This document shows positions 24,401 to 35,700 of a stretch of 64,000 nt of DNA, one piece after another; position 1 is the first letter of the stretch; each line of letters begins with the position of its first letter. Below the pieces are notes generated by a model that did not search any database, had not been told where the DNA came from, and saw only the letters and a list, made by a program, of their open reading frames with translations. Origin of the DNA: Podarcis melisellensis (taxonomy: Eukaryota). The position numbers and the translations under genes were made by a program. Where the stretch lies: NCBI GenBank assembly GCA_964234715.1, contig OZ174290.1. One strand, written 5' to 3'.

Positions 24401-27339
24401 CTAGCCAGAAGGGACCACATCTCCCACGAGTGGCCAGTTCCACTGCCACAGCCACACACATCTCCGTTTCTTTAAAAGAGTGGGTCAGATGTGGGCCGGG
24501 GGGGGGGTTGCTAGATGCTCACCACCATCCAGCCCACAAGCAGCCACAGGAAGACACCTGTTCATCATAAGCCACTGGCACAGCTGTGCTGCCTACCTGC
24601 CTCTTTGGTGGGAGAGAGTCTGTTGCTCTTTCTCTGGCTCTAACAGGGCCAGAAAGGTGCTCACGTGTTCCACAAGCCCATTTCAAGCACCACAGTCATA
24701 AGTTCAAAGAGCCCATCTCCTACATAGTAGTGTCACCCAAGCCCACAGAGGCCCTCTTCATGGTCCTCATGGCAAGGAACATGAGGCTCCCTCCCCGCTT
24801 TGGCCACCAGGATGGTCTGCCAAGGTTGCAGGTTCAATCCATGTAAGGGATAGCTACATATTCTTGCACTGGAGGGGGTTGGCCTAGAGGAACCTCAGGG
24901 TCCCTTCCAACTCTATGATTCTCTATGACTCTATGCTCTTGCAAGGCTTCGTCCTGGGTCTTTTAAGACTGGAGAAGTCAACTGAAGGAAGGAAGTTTGA
25001 GTAGCAGAACTGGCTCAGGCTACAGTTGTGTCAGTCAGGCCACACTTAGCGTATTTTTTGCTCTATAAGACTCACTTTTTACCTCCTGAAAAGTAAGGGG
25101 AAATGTGAGTGCGTCTTATGGAGCGAATGCAGGCTGCGCAGCTATCCCAGAAGCCAGAACAGCAAGAGGGATTGTTGCTTTCATTGCACAGCGATCCCTC
25201 TTGCTTGTTCTGGCTTCTGAGATTCAGAATATTTTTTTTCTTGTTTTCCTCCTCCAAAAACTAGGTGCGTCTTGTGGTCTGGTGCGTCTTATAGAGCAAA
25301 AAATACGGTATATTCTTGAATTAAGAAGCCTCCTCTGCTGCCTATCAAAACTCTACATCCTGCCCCTATCTCAACGGAAGAGCCAGAAGGGAAACTCCCA
25401 ACTTCATTCAGATAATTCCCCCTTGGAGCCCCCATTCACAGCAAGAGGAAGGAGACGGTGGCTGGCAAAAGACTCCCCTTCAGGATTCAGCATGGTTCTG
25501 CTCGGGCTTCAGCTTCTGTGAAATGGCTCCTCAGAGAGGAAGAGAGAAGAGGAGAATCCCACTCAGATCTCTCTGTGGAGAAGAAGATGAAATCTCACGC
25601 AGCAGAAACTGGAGCCTGGCTGTGAATCTGAAGCTGCAGCAGCAGCAGCTTCCCTTGGCAGAGCCTGTCAACAAGGGCCTGGTGCGGACTCGCTTGCCAT
25701 GGCACTTCGCCCACTTTCAGTCTCACACCGGTTTTCACACCACTTGGCAGTTTTATTTCCTCAAACCAGGAAGGAAACGTAAACAAGTCCAATTCAGGAG
25801 AGAGTGGGAAAGCCACCTCTGTCCACAATTTGCAGAAGTGGTAATCACTAAACAGGAAGTCATTAAACAAGCTCAAGGCCACCCTCCAAGTCAGGTGTCA
25901 GGCACAGACGGCCCTGGCGCACAAATTCTCCTTGTTTACAACATGCTTTGTGTTGGGGGGATGGGGAGAAAGACGCAGGCCAAATCATTATATTCAGGGA
26001 CCAAATTTGACAGGTGGGTGGAGTTGCTCATGTGATAGCACAATGATGTCAGGTGACCTTTTTGTCCGCAGGGGTCTTGCAGAGTGCTTTGCAAAGGGTT
26101 TCCATCTGGAAGCTACCTCCAAACACCTTCTCAGCTGAGCCAAGTTCTTACCTGCGTGTCCTACAAGATGTCAGATGCGGGGCATGTGAGAAATGAGTTG
26201 GCTGAAGTGGCCTGACAGCCATAAATTTCCCCCTTGCTAAAGCAGAGCCTATAGGAGGAGCCTTCCATCCCAGAGCTCATTTGAGGGAGATGGAGGCTTC
26301 CAAGGCACAATTCAAGGGAGCACCAAAGCCCTTAACCAGAAGTGCAGGTTAAGGGACAAGAGTCCACAAGCCCAAGAAAAGTTGGTAATTGGGGCCAAGA
26401 CACAAGCCAACCCCAACCCTCTGTTGCATGACACCTGCCAGGAGCAGCATCGCCCCTTTTGTCCAGATCAGATCATATGCTAAGCGTTAGGATATACTAT
26501 GCAGCAGCAGTGGCGTAGCGTGGGGGGTGCAGGGGGGGCCGGCCGCACCGGGCACAACATCTGGGGGATAGGGTTAGGGGCGCAAATCCATGAGTTAGGG
26601 GGTGCAAATTACTTGCCTTGCCCCGGGTGCTGACAACCCACGCTACGCCACTGCCAAGGAGAGCCAAGATGTTCCTCCTGGGGTAACCCCCTTCTTCCTC
26701 ATTCGTGGTCGGGCAACCCCCCCCCCCAGGAAGACTCTGCCCTGAGGAGGCTCCAGAGGAATCACCAAACCCATCAGACCAAGAATTTCCCTTCCAAGAC
26801 CAGCGAACCTTCCACGAACCAGGCGAAACTCGCCCGCTTGCCCTCGCTCTGATCGCGATCCTCCTGGACAGACAAGTGAGGTGGGAGTTGGGGGGAGCTT
26901 GGCTTCCATTCCATTAAGGGACAGGGACAGGGAGAGGGAGAAGCGGAGCTTCTAGGTGCCCCCCAGTCCCGCCTCCCGGGCACGTGGGGGCTGCGAAGCC
27001 GAAGCTTCCCGGTGGAGGGCGCTTCGGTCGCCCGACCCCCATCCCTCTTACCTGGCGCAGGTGCTTGAGCAGATCGGTGGCCTCCTCCTGCTTGCCTTGC
27101 TTGACCATCCCCAGCATGTCCTGGATAAGGCCGATCCGGCGGTGATACGGGGGGAGACCACCGCCGCCGCCCCCTCCGCCCCCGCCCCCCTTGCCAAACT
27201 TTTCTCCGGATCGCACGACGAGGGAGGCCAGGAAGTCGCCGCGCTCGCGGGGCGACGGCAGCATCCTCCGGCGGGCAGCCGAGGCGGCGGCCTGGGGGCT
27301 GCCGGGCAGCGGGCAGCCCTTGGTCTGCTTGGCGCCCAT
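7446..27339 (-). CDS. LRRC75A: LRRC75A (FAM211A), coding exons 1-3: complement(join(27052..27339,15141..15269,7446..7558)); 3' partial
   Basis: The spliced translation MGAKQTKG...PPYHRRIGLIQDMLGMVKQGKQEEATDLLKHLRQ|DLGMESTSLDDVLYRYASFRNLVDPITHDLIISLARYIHCPKP|EGDSLGTMEKLCRQLTYHLSPHSQWRRQGIVKRKPQA matches recalled human LRRC75A, not LRRC75B. Introns are GT-AG with phases 0,0,2. Confidence 0.95.
7602..7922 (-). mobile_element. Solo LTR (Gypsy/ERV-like)
   Basis: The minus strand starts TGTTATG, has a duplicated ~87-bp U3 block with CCAAT boxes, then TATATAAA (7683-7690) and AATAAA (7632-7637). The 3' CA end and TSD are not clean. Confidence 0.7.
8438..8772 (-). mobile_element. Sauria SINE
   Basis: tRNA-like head with B box GGTTCGAATCC on the minus strand and (ACCTTT)n tail; highly similar to the 35956 copy. 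Confidence 0.9.
9414..9661. repeat. Tandem duplication, 127-bp unit x2
   Basis: CTTGGAGATT(A/C)AA(A)GGTGGCTTACAACATG...AACAATTGCC starts at 9414 and again at 9541. Confidence 0.95.
9662..9886 (+). mobile_element. MITE family A copy 2 (right TIR missing)
   Basis: TA-CAGTGGTACCTC start and homologous body, ending within the subterminal repeats. Confidence 0.85.
10094..10351 (+). mobile_element. MITE family A copy 3
   Basis: TIRs CAGTGGTACCTTGGGTTA / TAACCCAAGGTACCACTG, TA TSD. Confidence 0.9.
12372..12411. repeat. (GT)n microsatellite
   Basis: About 19 units, read directly. Confidence 0.97.
15141..15269 (-). CDS. LRRC75A: LRRC75A coding exon 2 (43 aa)
   Basis: Acceptor TTTGCAG|GAC, donor CCG|GTGAGT; encodes DLGMEST...HCPKP. 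Confidence 0.96.
15591..15847 (+). mobile_element. hAT-Charlie-like non-autonomous element, copy 1
   Basis: (T)AGGGGTCAGCAACC...GGTTGCCTACCCCTG; homologous to the 42301 and 62138 copies. Confidence 0.85.
17366..17502. mobile_element. hAT MITE with telomere-like motifs, copy 1
   Basis: TIRs CAGTGGC(A)TAGCGTGGG / CCCACGCTACGCCACTG; perfect 8-bp TSD CATCAGTC. Confidence 0.9.
19759..19966. mobile_element. hAT MITE with telomere-like motifs, copy 2 (inverted relative to copies 1 and 3; 22-bp VNTR)
   Basis: Same TIRs; perfect 8-bp TSD CTGCTCCT. Confidence 0.92.
20259..20473 (+). mobile_element. MITE family A copy 4
   Basis: Same TIRs and TA TSD. Confidence 0.9.
21109..21322 (+). mobile_element. 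MITE family A copy 5
   Basis: Same TIRs and TA TSD. Confidence 0.9.
25049..25308. mobile_element. Tc1/mariner-type MITE family C
   Basis: 23-bp TIR (G/C)CGTATTTTTTGCTCTATAAGAC with one mismatch, TA on both flanks. Confidence 0.85.
26508..26653. mobile_element. hAT MITE with telomere-like motifs, copy 3
   Basis: Perfect TIRs; flanks TGCAGCAG / CCAAGGAG do not form a TSD. Confidence 0.85.
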
Positions 27340-28520
27340 GCTGGATGGTGCCCAGCCGCCGGTCGGCCGGCCTTCAGCGGGACATGGCAGGCTCCGGCCC
27401 ACGAGGAGCAGACGCTGCTGTCGAAGCGCGGGGCAGCCGCCGGCCCAGGAAACACCGCGGAGGCGAAGAGGAAGAGGGGGAAGCAGCAGCTACGACGGCA
27501 GCGCCTTCTCCGGGCATCTCCGGGCAAGTGCCCCTCCGGCTCCCGCAACTGCCTCCCTTCCCCGCCCTCTGGCAACTTCGGGAAAACTGTTGCACGGCAG
27601 ACCGAAGAGGGAGGGAGGGAAGGAGGAGCCGCCAGCGACGGAGGAGGAGACCGAGACGTGCCCGCCGAGTGTCCCCGGCGAGCGAGCGAGGCTCTGGCTG
27701 CTGTTGCCGCCGCCGCCTCCCTCCGTCTGGAGCTGCTCAGGCGGGGCGGAGCCCGCCTCTCCCCGACCGGCGGCGGCCTTGTGTCTGCCCGAGAGAGAGA
27801 GAGGGACCGCCCGGCCTCCTTCTGGCTCCTCCTGCCGACGGCGGGGGGGAAGAGGCACAGGCGCCGCCGCCGCCTCGCCCTGCTCGACCGGGCTGCACGT
27901 GACGAGCGCGCATCTGAGGACGTGCAGAGCGCGCGCGCCACGGAGAAGCAGCTCCTCGGGCTCCCCCGCCCGTCCTCTTCACGAGCAGCTCAAGGGAGGC
28001 CTCGCCACGACTGGAGCCGGGTGCTTCAGTGGCAACACATACACACACACACACACGGGCGTGGAAGACGCCTCCCCGTGCAAGACCCAGGCACGCCCCA
28101 ACTCAGGTGAGGCGGCGCCTCCCGGGGCACCCCCTTGACACTGGCCCCCGAAAAGCCGCGGGACCGGAGCTGGCCAAGGAGCCCGCCTTCGCGACACCTG
28201 GCCAGGGGGAGGGGGCAGCTGTGAGGCCCGGGGTCCCGAGCGCCTCTCCTCTCCTGCCCGGAGCACCTCAGAGACGAGGAGGAGCCACCTCCCCTCTCCC
28301 CGCATCCCGCGTGTGGTTTCCCGCGCCGGGGTGGTTTGCTTCCCGCGAAGCGTTTGGGACTGAGGAGCGGAGGTCTGGGCGGGCGGCTCAGCTCCGGACT
28401 GCGATCTGGCGACCTGGGGCGCTGTTAAAACTACAGTTCCCATCCCGCTGTGCTGGCTAGCGCTCATGGGATCTGGAGCCGTCGGCAAAGCTGCACTGCA
28501 GAGCCGCCTTCGAAATGCTC
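26950..28520 (-). promoter_or_regulatory. CpG island / LRRC75A promoter and 5'UTR
   Basis: Very high GC and CpG density; E-box CACGTG at 27896-27901; GCGCGCGC tract. Confidence 0.8.
27052..27339 (-). CDS. LRRC75A: LRRC75A coding exon 1 (96 aa)
   Basis: ATG at 27339 inside a CpG island; donor CAG|GTAAGA. Confidence 0.92.
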
Positions 28521-29431
28521 AACCCATCCAAGCCTGGAAAGCAGAATTAAACGGGGGCTTTTGCCAGCGGGCAGTGGATCCACTTCTGAACAGCTTGACA
28601 CGCCCCCCCCCAAAAAACCCAGACACCACAAGCCAGCTGGATCGTTCTGTGTGGAAATTCATTCGGTGGCAATTCATTTGCTAAGTTGGTGCTGTGAATG
28701 GATTCATACATAGGAGGAACACAGGAAGCTGCCTTTTACTGCCTCAGGCCATTGGGTCTACACTGGCTGGCAGCAGGGGTTCGCCACAGGCTAGCGTTTA
28801 AGTACGGCTCCAACACCACCTCTTCTGCCACAGAATATACCCAGCTGTGCATCTCCTACAACATAACTGTGAAAGAGGCAAGTGTGGCATTAAGAAGCAG
28901 GGGGTTGAGCCTGGAACAGCAGCAGCCTGTGGGGTGTGGAAGATGCAGCCCTTCTTCAGAAACAGACAAAAACTCTCCCACAGTAGTAAAGTTTCCTCCT
29001 TGAATACATTTGGGCTTCAGAAAGTCTGGCTCAAGAGCATCTTAAGTAAGTAGGTTCCATTTTTATTTTTTATTTGCCAGGAAAGATGTTTTGCAAAGCC
29101 GCCTTAGTGCCCTTTTTAGTGAGCATAAAAGCAGGCAACTCCCTGAGGTTTTGATGGACAGCTATTTATTATAGATTTTGGCCTCTGAATATCAACTTTA
29201 AAAATACCAGATGGGTTGTAGGAAGGCCCTCTCCACTTTCTGTTCCTTGGGTATTAAGACTTTTAGGGGGGGGGCATTTATTTTCAGGTGCCTGATATGT
29301 AGAGTACCCAGCAAGAACTGCAACTGCATCAACTGACAAGCCAAAGTGTTGTCACAGGAAACATAGGTATGAATATTCCTGCTTGCTCTTGGACCAAACT
29401 CACCCATTTCAGTTACCTCAAAGGGGATCCT

Positions 29432-29446
29432 GTCGCCATCTAGTGA
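29432..29446 (-). promoter_or_regulatory. Candidate CTCF site between TMEM248 and LRRC75A
   Basis: The minus strand reads TCACTAGATGGCGAC, close to the CCACYAGRKGGCR core. Confidence 0.5.
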
Positions 29447-29769
29447 CGGCTTCCTGACACATAAATTGTGAGGTCAATTTCACAGAAGCCAGTTTGGGCT
29501 CTCTCCACATTGCCCCAGCATCTGGATTGGCAACTTGGGGTGGTAAAAACAAGGTGAGATGGTGCTACCTCAGGACCAAAATGCTAGGCAGTGGAAGTCC
29601 TCAAGGTGGCTTTGTGACTCAACCAGGAACTCCCTTCCAGAATCACCGGCCTGGTTCTCTGGGTACCACCCACTGGACTGTTGCCTCTTGGCTGCTGGGA
29701 ACTGAAAAGCCCATATGGTTTGGATCTCATTGATGGTTTTTTCTAATCGTCCATTTGAAGCTGAGATGC

Positions 29770-30530
29770 TGGTACACAGCTCCAGATCCTGGCCCCATAG
29801 AAGACAGAAGAAGTTCCACATAGGAGAGTTGCCCTGTGATCATTCTAGCTAACCTTTCCAACTCTCTACAATATCCTTTTTGAGGTGAGGTGACCACAAC
29901 TGTATTCAGCATTCCAAACGGCATCACACCGTAGATGTGAATACAGCGGTATCTTTGTTTTTGAACAGAATGCGTTCTGGGAGTCCGTTCGACTCCTGGA
30001 ACCATTCAAAAACCAAAGCACGGCTTCCGATTGGCTGCAGTAGCGTCCTGCAGCCAACCAGAAGCCATGTCGGACATTCAGCTTCCAAAAATCGTCCAAA
30101 AACTGGAACACTCATTTCCAGGTTTCGATTGTTCAGGAGTCCCATTTGTTCAGGAGCCAAAGCATTTGGCTTCCAAGGTACGACTGTAATGGCATTGAGA
30201 TATTGACAGTTTTACTTCCCTTTCCATTCCTAATGATGCCTAGTAAGGAATCTGCCTCTTTTTTAAAAAACAAAAACAAAAAACAGTTGCTCCATATGGG
30301 GTTGATATCTTCATTAAGCTAGCTGCTACAAACCCAAAGTCTCCTCCTTAGCCAGGTCAGACCCCATGAGAATATATGTGAAATAAGATTTTGTGCCCCA
30401 ACATGCATCACTTTAACTTGTTTATACTGAATTGCATTTGCCATTTTACTGCCCATTCCCTATTTGTTTAAATACCCTGAACAATTTGGTATTGTTGGCC
30501 ACCTTCACTGCTCAACCCTAACTGTGGATA
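29770..30530 (-). mobile_element. Degenerate CR1 RT fragment, split by a MITE
   Basis: WQMQF...MHVG, LGIIR and WSPHLKKDIV-like motifs on the minus strand. Confidence 0.75.
29944..30186 (+). mobile_element. Tigger-like MITE family B, nested in a CR1 fragment
   Basis: TA-CAGCGGTATCTT...AAGGTACGACTG-TA; the CR1 RT-like frame continues on both sides. Confidence 0.8.
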
Positions 30531-30647
30531 GTTTGTGGTGGCTTTAAAAGAGGACGAGACAAATTCATGGAGGAAAGTCTCACACTGGGTGTAAGGTGCT
30601 TCCAGAAACAAAACACTCTCAAGGGAACTGAATGATAGTAATAAACT

Positions 30648-30653
30648 TTTATT
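30648..30653 (-). terminator. Probable TMEM248 polyadenylation signal (3'UTR about 2.1 kb)
   Basis: AATAAA on the minus strand, followed about 30 nt downstream by the GU-rich GTGTTTTGTTTC; repeat-derived sequence begins beyond it. Confidence 0.55.
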
Positions 30654-32752
30654 TTGCAAAGCAATATCCACATCTTACAAACACAAAAAATTAACCTAGG
30701 AGAGAAATGTCATTAACAAATCAGTTACTGACCACCAAGCCCAAAGGTAAGTCAAATGCCACCTTAACTCTACAACATCTCCTGCAGAGGAAGCTGTAGG
30801 TGGGTGGGGGGGAGAATAGGGAAATTACAAACCTTCATATCATGCCAGAGAAGCAAATTGGAATGGCAGGTTTCTAACGAGGAAACAAACAGAATCAAAA
30901 CTGATTCAAGTAATAGTGAAAATGAAAAAGAAAAGAGGCAAGATCAATATGATCCGAACAGCCACTGTCACATTCCACTTGTACCCTCCTGCCTGGAAGT
31001 GTCTGACTTCTACATGCCCACCACCAGCCCTTCCTCCTCCTCCTCCTTGCAGATCAGCTCTGAACCACTAACTACAATGGTCTAGAACGGACCATAAAAG
31101 CAAAAGTTAAGAGAAACAACATTCTTCTTCTGAAGCCCACCATCTATTTTCCATTTAAAACTTCTGTTTGGTTGGGATTTTAATTTGAAGAGGATGCATT
31201 TTTATTTCTTTTAATCCACTACCAGACTCCTAGACCCCGAAGGTCTCTGGAGGTCATCCCCATATCTTGGAGACGTGACAAGACACCAAGCAAGCAAATG
31301 AACAGACGAAGGAACTCTTTCCAACGAAAGCAAAGCCACACATCGCGTCCTTCTGTGCAAATGCTAAAAAGCCATTCTCAAAACTATCGTGGGAGAAGAA
31401 ACAGGGTTGCTTTGATATGGAAAGATGCCGCGGCTGCCACTGGAGAGGGAAGCTGAAGGGGGGGCCGTTAAGGCAACCAGCAATGTCCTAGAACACTCTA
31501 CATTCTTAAAGAGTGAAACTGGAAGTGCAAACTAAGAATCCACTCCAACGAGCGAGTCTGAAGTTGTACCCGCCTGGACAGCATCCCTTCGCAGCACAAA
31601 CTGGACCTCAGCATCTCTCACTGTAGGCAAAAGGCACGGCAAACACCAGGCCTGGTCCCAGGAGGCAGCTTGCCCCAATGCTGGCTGCCACTTCATTTCA
31701 CCATCAGGGACTTGCCCCCCCCCAAAGCCCAGCAGAAGTTCCCAGTCTGAAGAGCAAGAGCTGACCTACACATGAAGATAATAAAACTGCATCATTCCAG
31801 ACAAGGCGCTCAAATACCTTCCCACATTAAGAAGATAAAAAATACCTGCACCTAAAAAAAGCAAGCATGCCAGAGAGGCAGCCAGCCTTGAATCTTGCCT
31901 CAAAATTCTAGTTTTCTACAGACTGGAAGGTGGTGACACAGGTTCAGCAAACTAATCTTTCTCTCATACACCCTGACCATACTTTCTGGAATGGTGCAAT
32001 CCCAGGAATTCTGTAGCATGTCACTTATCTGCATTAAGGGGGGTGCACTGCAGCAGCCTGATTTGAGGTCCAGGATGGCACCAATGGATATTCTGCCTGT
32101 GTTGGCTTAAAAAAATAGCAACACTTAAACAAACAAACCCAGAGTGCAAAGTAGAAGATGCTTCTCTTGCTTTCCTTAAACTAAAATTACAAGTACGCCA
32201 TCTTTCCTAACTACAGCCAGTATTAAAATATGAATATGCCAGGTGGGGTTTTTTGTCTTGTTTTTAAAGAAATCTAGAAATGTTGGTATCTTTCTGCAAG
32301 CAGGGAGGAATTGGGAAGAAAGAGGAACAAACACATTGACTCAGTGGCTTTAGAGCTGCAGTACAGTAGCAGAGAGGTGTGCCCTGCCTCAAACACACTG
32401 GACAGACCATGGGGGAAAATAAGGTGCTTTTTCTGAGACACTTGCAAAAGGCATTCGGCCTGTTCCACTGCAGCAAGACAGACACACACAGAAATGTCTC
32501 TGGCTCCTTCACAAAACAGCCTGCTATGAACAGGCAAAGAGGCTCCCCACAGCCCAGGGCTGTATCGGCTTAACTTATTCCAAGTAGACTCCGCCTCCTA
32601 TAAATAACCGTTACAGGCACTTAAAACGTCTTTGGTTGGAATAACCCAACGTCACAAGATAATTAATTCATAACGAACCAGGGTCTAGTTCTGGGTTCGG
32701 CAGGCGATGGTTGCAGCAGACACTGTCACTTTTGGAGAAAGGAGGCAGGGGG

Positions 32753-32773
32753 TCACGCTTCTGAGAAAGCAAC
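32753..32773 (-). CDS. TMEM248: TMEM248 last coding exon (VAFSEA*)
   Basis: Strong polypyrimidine acceptor CTTCTCCTCCTGCAG|GTT GCT TTC TCA GAA GCG TGA; the recalled human C-terminus is VALAEA. Confidence 0.9.
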   Translation of the reverse strand, partial: VAFSEA

Positions 32774-35700
32774 CTGCAGGAGGAGAAGCCAAGAAAGAAG
32801 GGGGGGTTGAGCTACCCATCGAGGAAGCTGGTACAGTGCCCCTGCCTGTCACTGTCAGGGCAGAACTAGGAAGTGGGGCCTGGGTGGGAATTAGAAACTG
32901 CACACAAGTCCAACTTGCATTGAGCTCTTCACTGAGCTCCACCCAGGAAAGTGAGCAGGATGGTGCAGCAGGGACTGGTCACACTTTGCTCCTGCCTCTA
33001 CAAACCTGCTTGGCTTCTGTACTGGCTGCAGAGGAAAAGAATCTCCTTTCTTTCCTTCGTTCCCTGAGTGTGGGGCTGGGCGAAGTCATAGCAATCCAGC
33101 CCACTGCATTTCAGTGTTGGACATGCAGGGTGCAAAGGCCAGCAAAGACAGTAAGTGGGCTGATAGTCGAGAGACAAGTCATTCTCCTCCTCTGCTGGGC
33201 TTTCACACAGGATTTGCAGGAGTTAAAAATCCTCTTCCTGAAGGCTGCACATCAGTACCAAGTGGGCAGAAAGAGGGGAGCGCTCTTGGCTTCCACTCTG
33301 CCAGCCCACAGCCTGCTTTGTACTCTGAAGGCAAAGGAGAAATGGAGCACTCTGCCTATCCTCCTCCACCAGAACCTTCTATGAAGGAGGAGGTGGAGGC
33401 AGCTGGTAGAACATTATGTACACTAATATTCTTGGGGCTAATTTACCAGGCTGGCATGAGTAAGGTCGAGTGGCTGGGGCAGAGGGAGCAGCCTGGCAGG
33501 CCAGGATTCTACCCAGCTCAGTGCTGTCTCTTAAGCAGATGGGCTCTCCAGGGTTTCAGGCAAGGTTGTGTCTCGCAGCCCATGTCACAAAGGAGACCGT
33601 CTCGGAGACTCCCTCCCCCTGCCTGAGCCATTGACCAGAAGAGGAGCCACACCCCCACATCCCTGCCTGACTCTGGGGTGGCTGCGCACAAGCCGCCCAG
33701 TCAATTGAGGCAACGAGATCCCATTACATGGGCACTCAAGGGCTCCTTGCCCACCTACCTTTTCAGGACAGAACTCTGAGTTGCTTTGCCGCAGTTTGCT
33801 GGGCCTGCCTTTGATGACTGCATAGCAGAACATAGTTATGACCATCACGAAGAGGAAGTAGCTAGTGTGCATTAAATGCAGATTGATGAGGGAGCGGTCG
33901 TCCTGCACAAAGGAAAGAAGAGGTGGGGAGCTGAGATTTTTCTGAGGCTGCAGGAACTCTACATGCAGTTTCCACCAAGGATGGTGGCGGGGAGGGAAGC
34001 ATCCCCAAGGCTGTGTTTTGGACACAGTGGATTCCCCCCCCCCCCCCCAGCATGTACAGTTGCAGAATATGAGCACATTGATCCATTCACAGTAACCGCA
34101 TCACTTACATCCGGGACAATAACCGTCAGTTTGGGATTCAACGCGTGGTAGACTTTGCCAACAGCTCCTTTGTAACACCAGAAAGGGTTGTAGTCTTGGG
34201 CATATTTGGTGTTTGAATCCCTCGCAGTGGTGAAGATCTTGTACCAGAAGGTCGCGTTGATGTATGTCTCTGGCACACAGTGCGGTGGCTGGCTGAGGAG
34301 CGAAGAGACAAGGGTGAGCTGGGTTGGTCAAAGCACAGCACAAAGCCAGCCTGAGACGCAACTCTGCCACACTAAGGTAGCTAAGCATTCCACACCCCTC
34401 TAACACCTTGATGGATTGATTCCCCATGCTGCCCGTTCTCAAGCCCCTCTCTTTGAGCTCCTGCCCCACTTTGTAAACTGGCTCTGCCTCCACCCCACCC
34501 CACCTCCGGCACCAGCAACCCATTTACCATGCAAGGGTGTGGGGCAGCCCTTCCATGCAGCTGTGCACGCCCAAAGGCACTCAATCAACCATGGGCAAAT
34601 TGAAGAGAAAAATATTCCGTGGGTTGTTTAGCAAGATTGCTCCCCTCAGCTCAAGTCCCACTCATTCATTTTTGGGAAGGGGGCCCAATCTGTATGTGGA
34701 TAAACTACAGCCTCTGCTTGCTGCTTCTCGAAATATATGTATCAAAAAGCCAATTAAAAGTTTTTAAAATATGAAGAAGCATATGAATAACTCTCAAGGA
34801 AAGCCACCTCTTGAACTGTTGCAGGGTCTCAGAGGCAAACCTGAAGGCGTTAAGCCGCCTCAGCAGCAGATGCTTACACTGTGACAGGGAAGACCCCAGC
34901 GGCAGCCGTGACGGTCATGCAGGTTGTGAAGACAGCCTGGTCACAGTGGCCGTGCAAGACACAGTCATCCGAATTCCAGGCAGCTGGCAGCGTGAAGGTG
35001 ATGTTGATCTCCTCATGTGCTTCTCTGCCTTTTGGGGGGATTGGCAGGGGGGATGAGAAAAGAAAAACATTGAATTAGGTTCAAAGTAGAAGCAGGTTAT
35101 GCTCAATAAGCAACAATCAAGGGGAAAGCTGCAACTGCAAAGAAGCTTTGCTCCGGCCAGCTCAGGGTTCATTTGAAGCAGAGCGCAATACTCAAGAGTA
35201 GACCCACTCAAATTAGTGGGCCCAAATTAGTCATGTCTAAGCTGAAGTACACATAACTGAACCAACTGCAAATACTTCCCCCTTCCCTCCCAGCTTAATT
35301 CTCCGACATTTCCCTGTGTCTGTTTTTGGAATGCATGCCCCACCCCCCACCCTGGGCACTCCCTTGTAAAGCGCCACAGACACACATGGTGCTGTATTTG
35401 CAGAGAGGTGTGTGGACTATGTTTCTGCTCCTTTGGCAATCTCCCACAGGGCTCAGCATGAATTCAGCTGCGAGTCCTGTTGTACCTGAGAGTCCAATTT
35501 GGTGTCCGAAAATGGTGGAGCTCAAGTGCGTGACATTCCGCGAGAAGCCCCCAAAGGGCTTGAGGGGATCCAACGTCAGGGTGATGGCAACCGAGGTGTT
35601 GATTGGACCAGAATCCTCGAACGTCTGTGGCGACGGTGTGGAAGGACGGGCCTGACTGCTGGTCATGGCACTTTCTGGGGTCGTGGTGTCATTTATGAGG

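Noticed and set aside
26956-28488. Long ORFs in several frames (384, 315, 297 aa)
   Set aside because: Stop-codon depletion in a CpG island; they are antisense or out of frame to LRRC75A exon 1.
32707-33626. Plus-strand 225-aa and 170-aa ORFs
   Set aside because: Antisense to the last TMEM248 intron and exon, with no recognisable domain.
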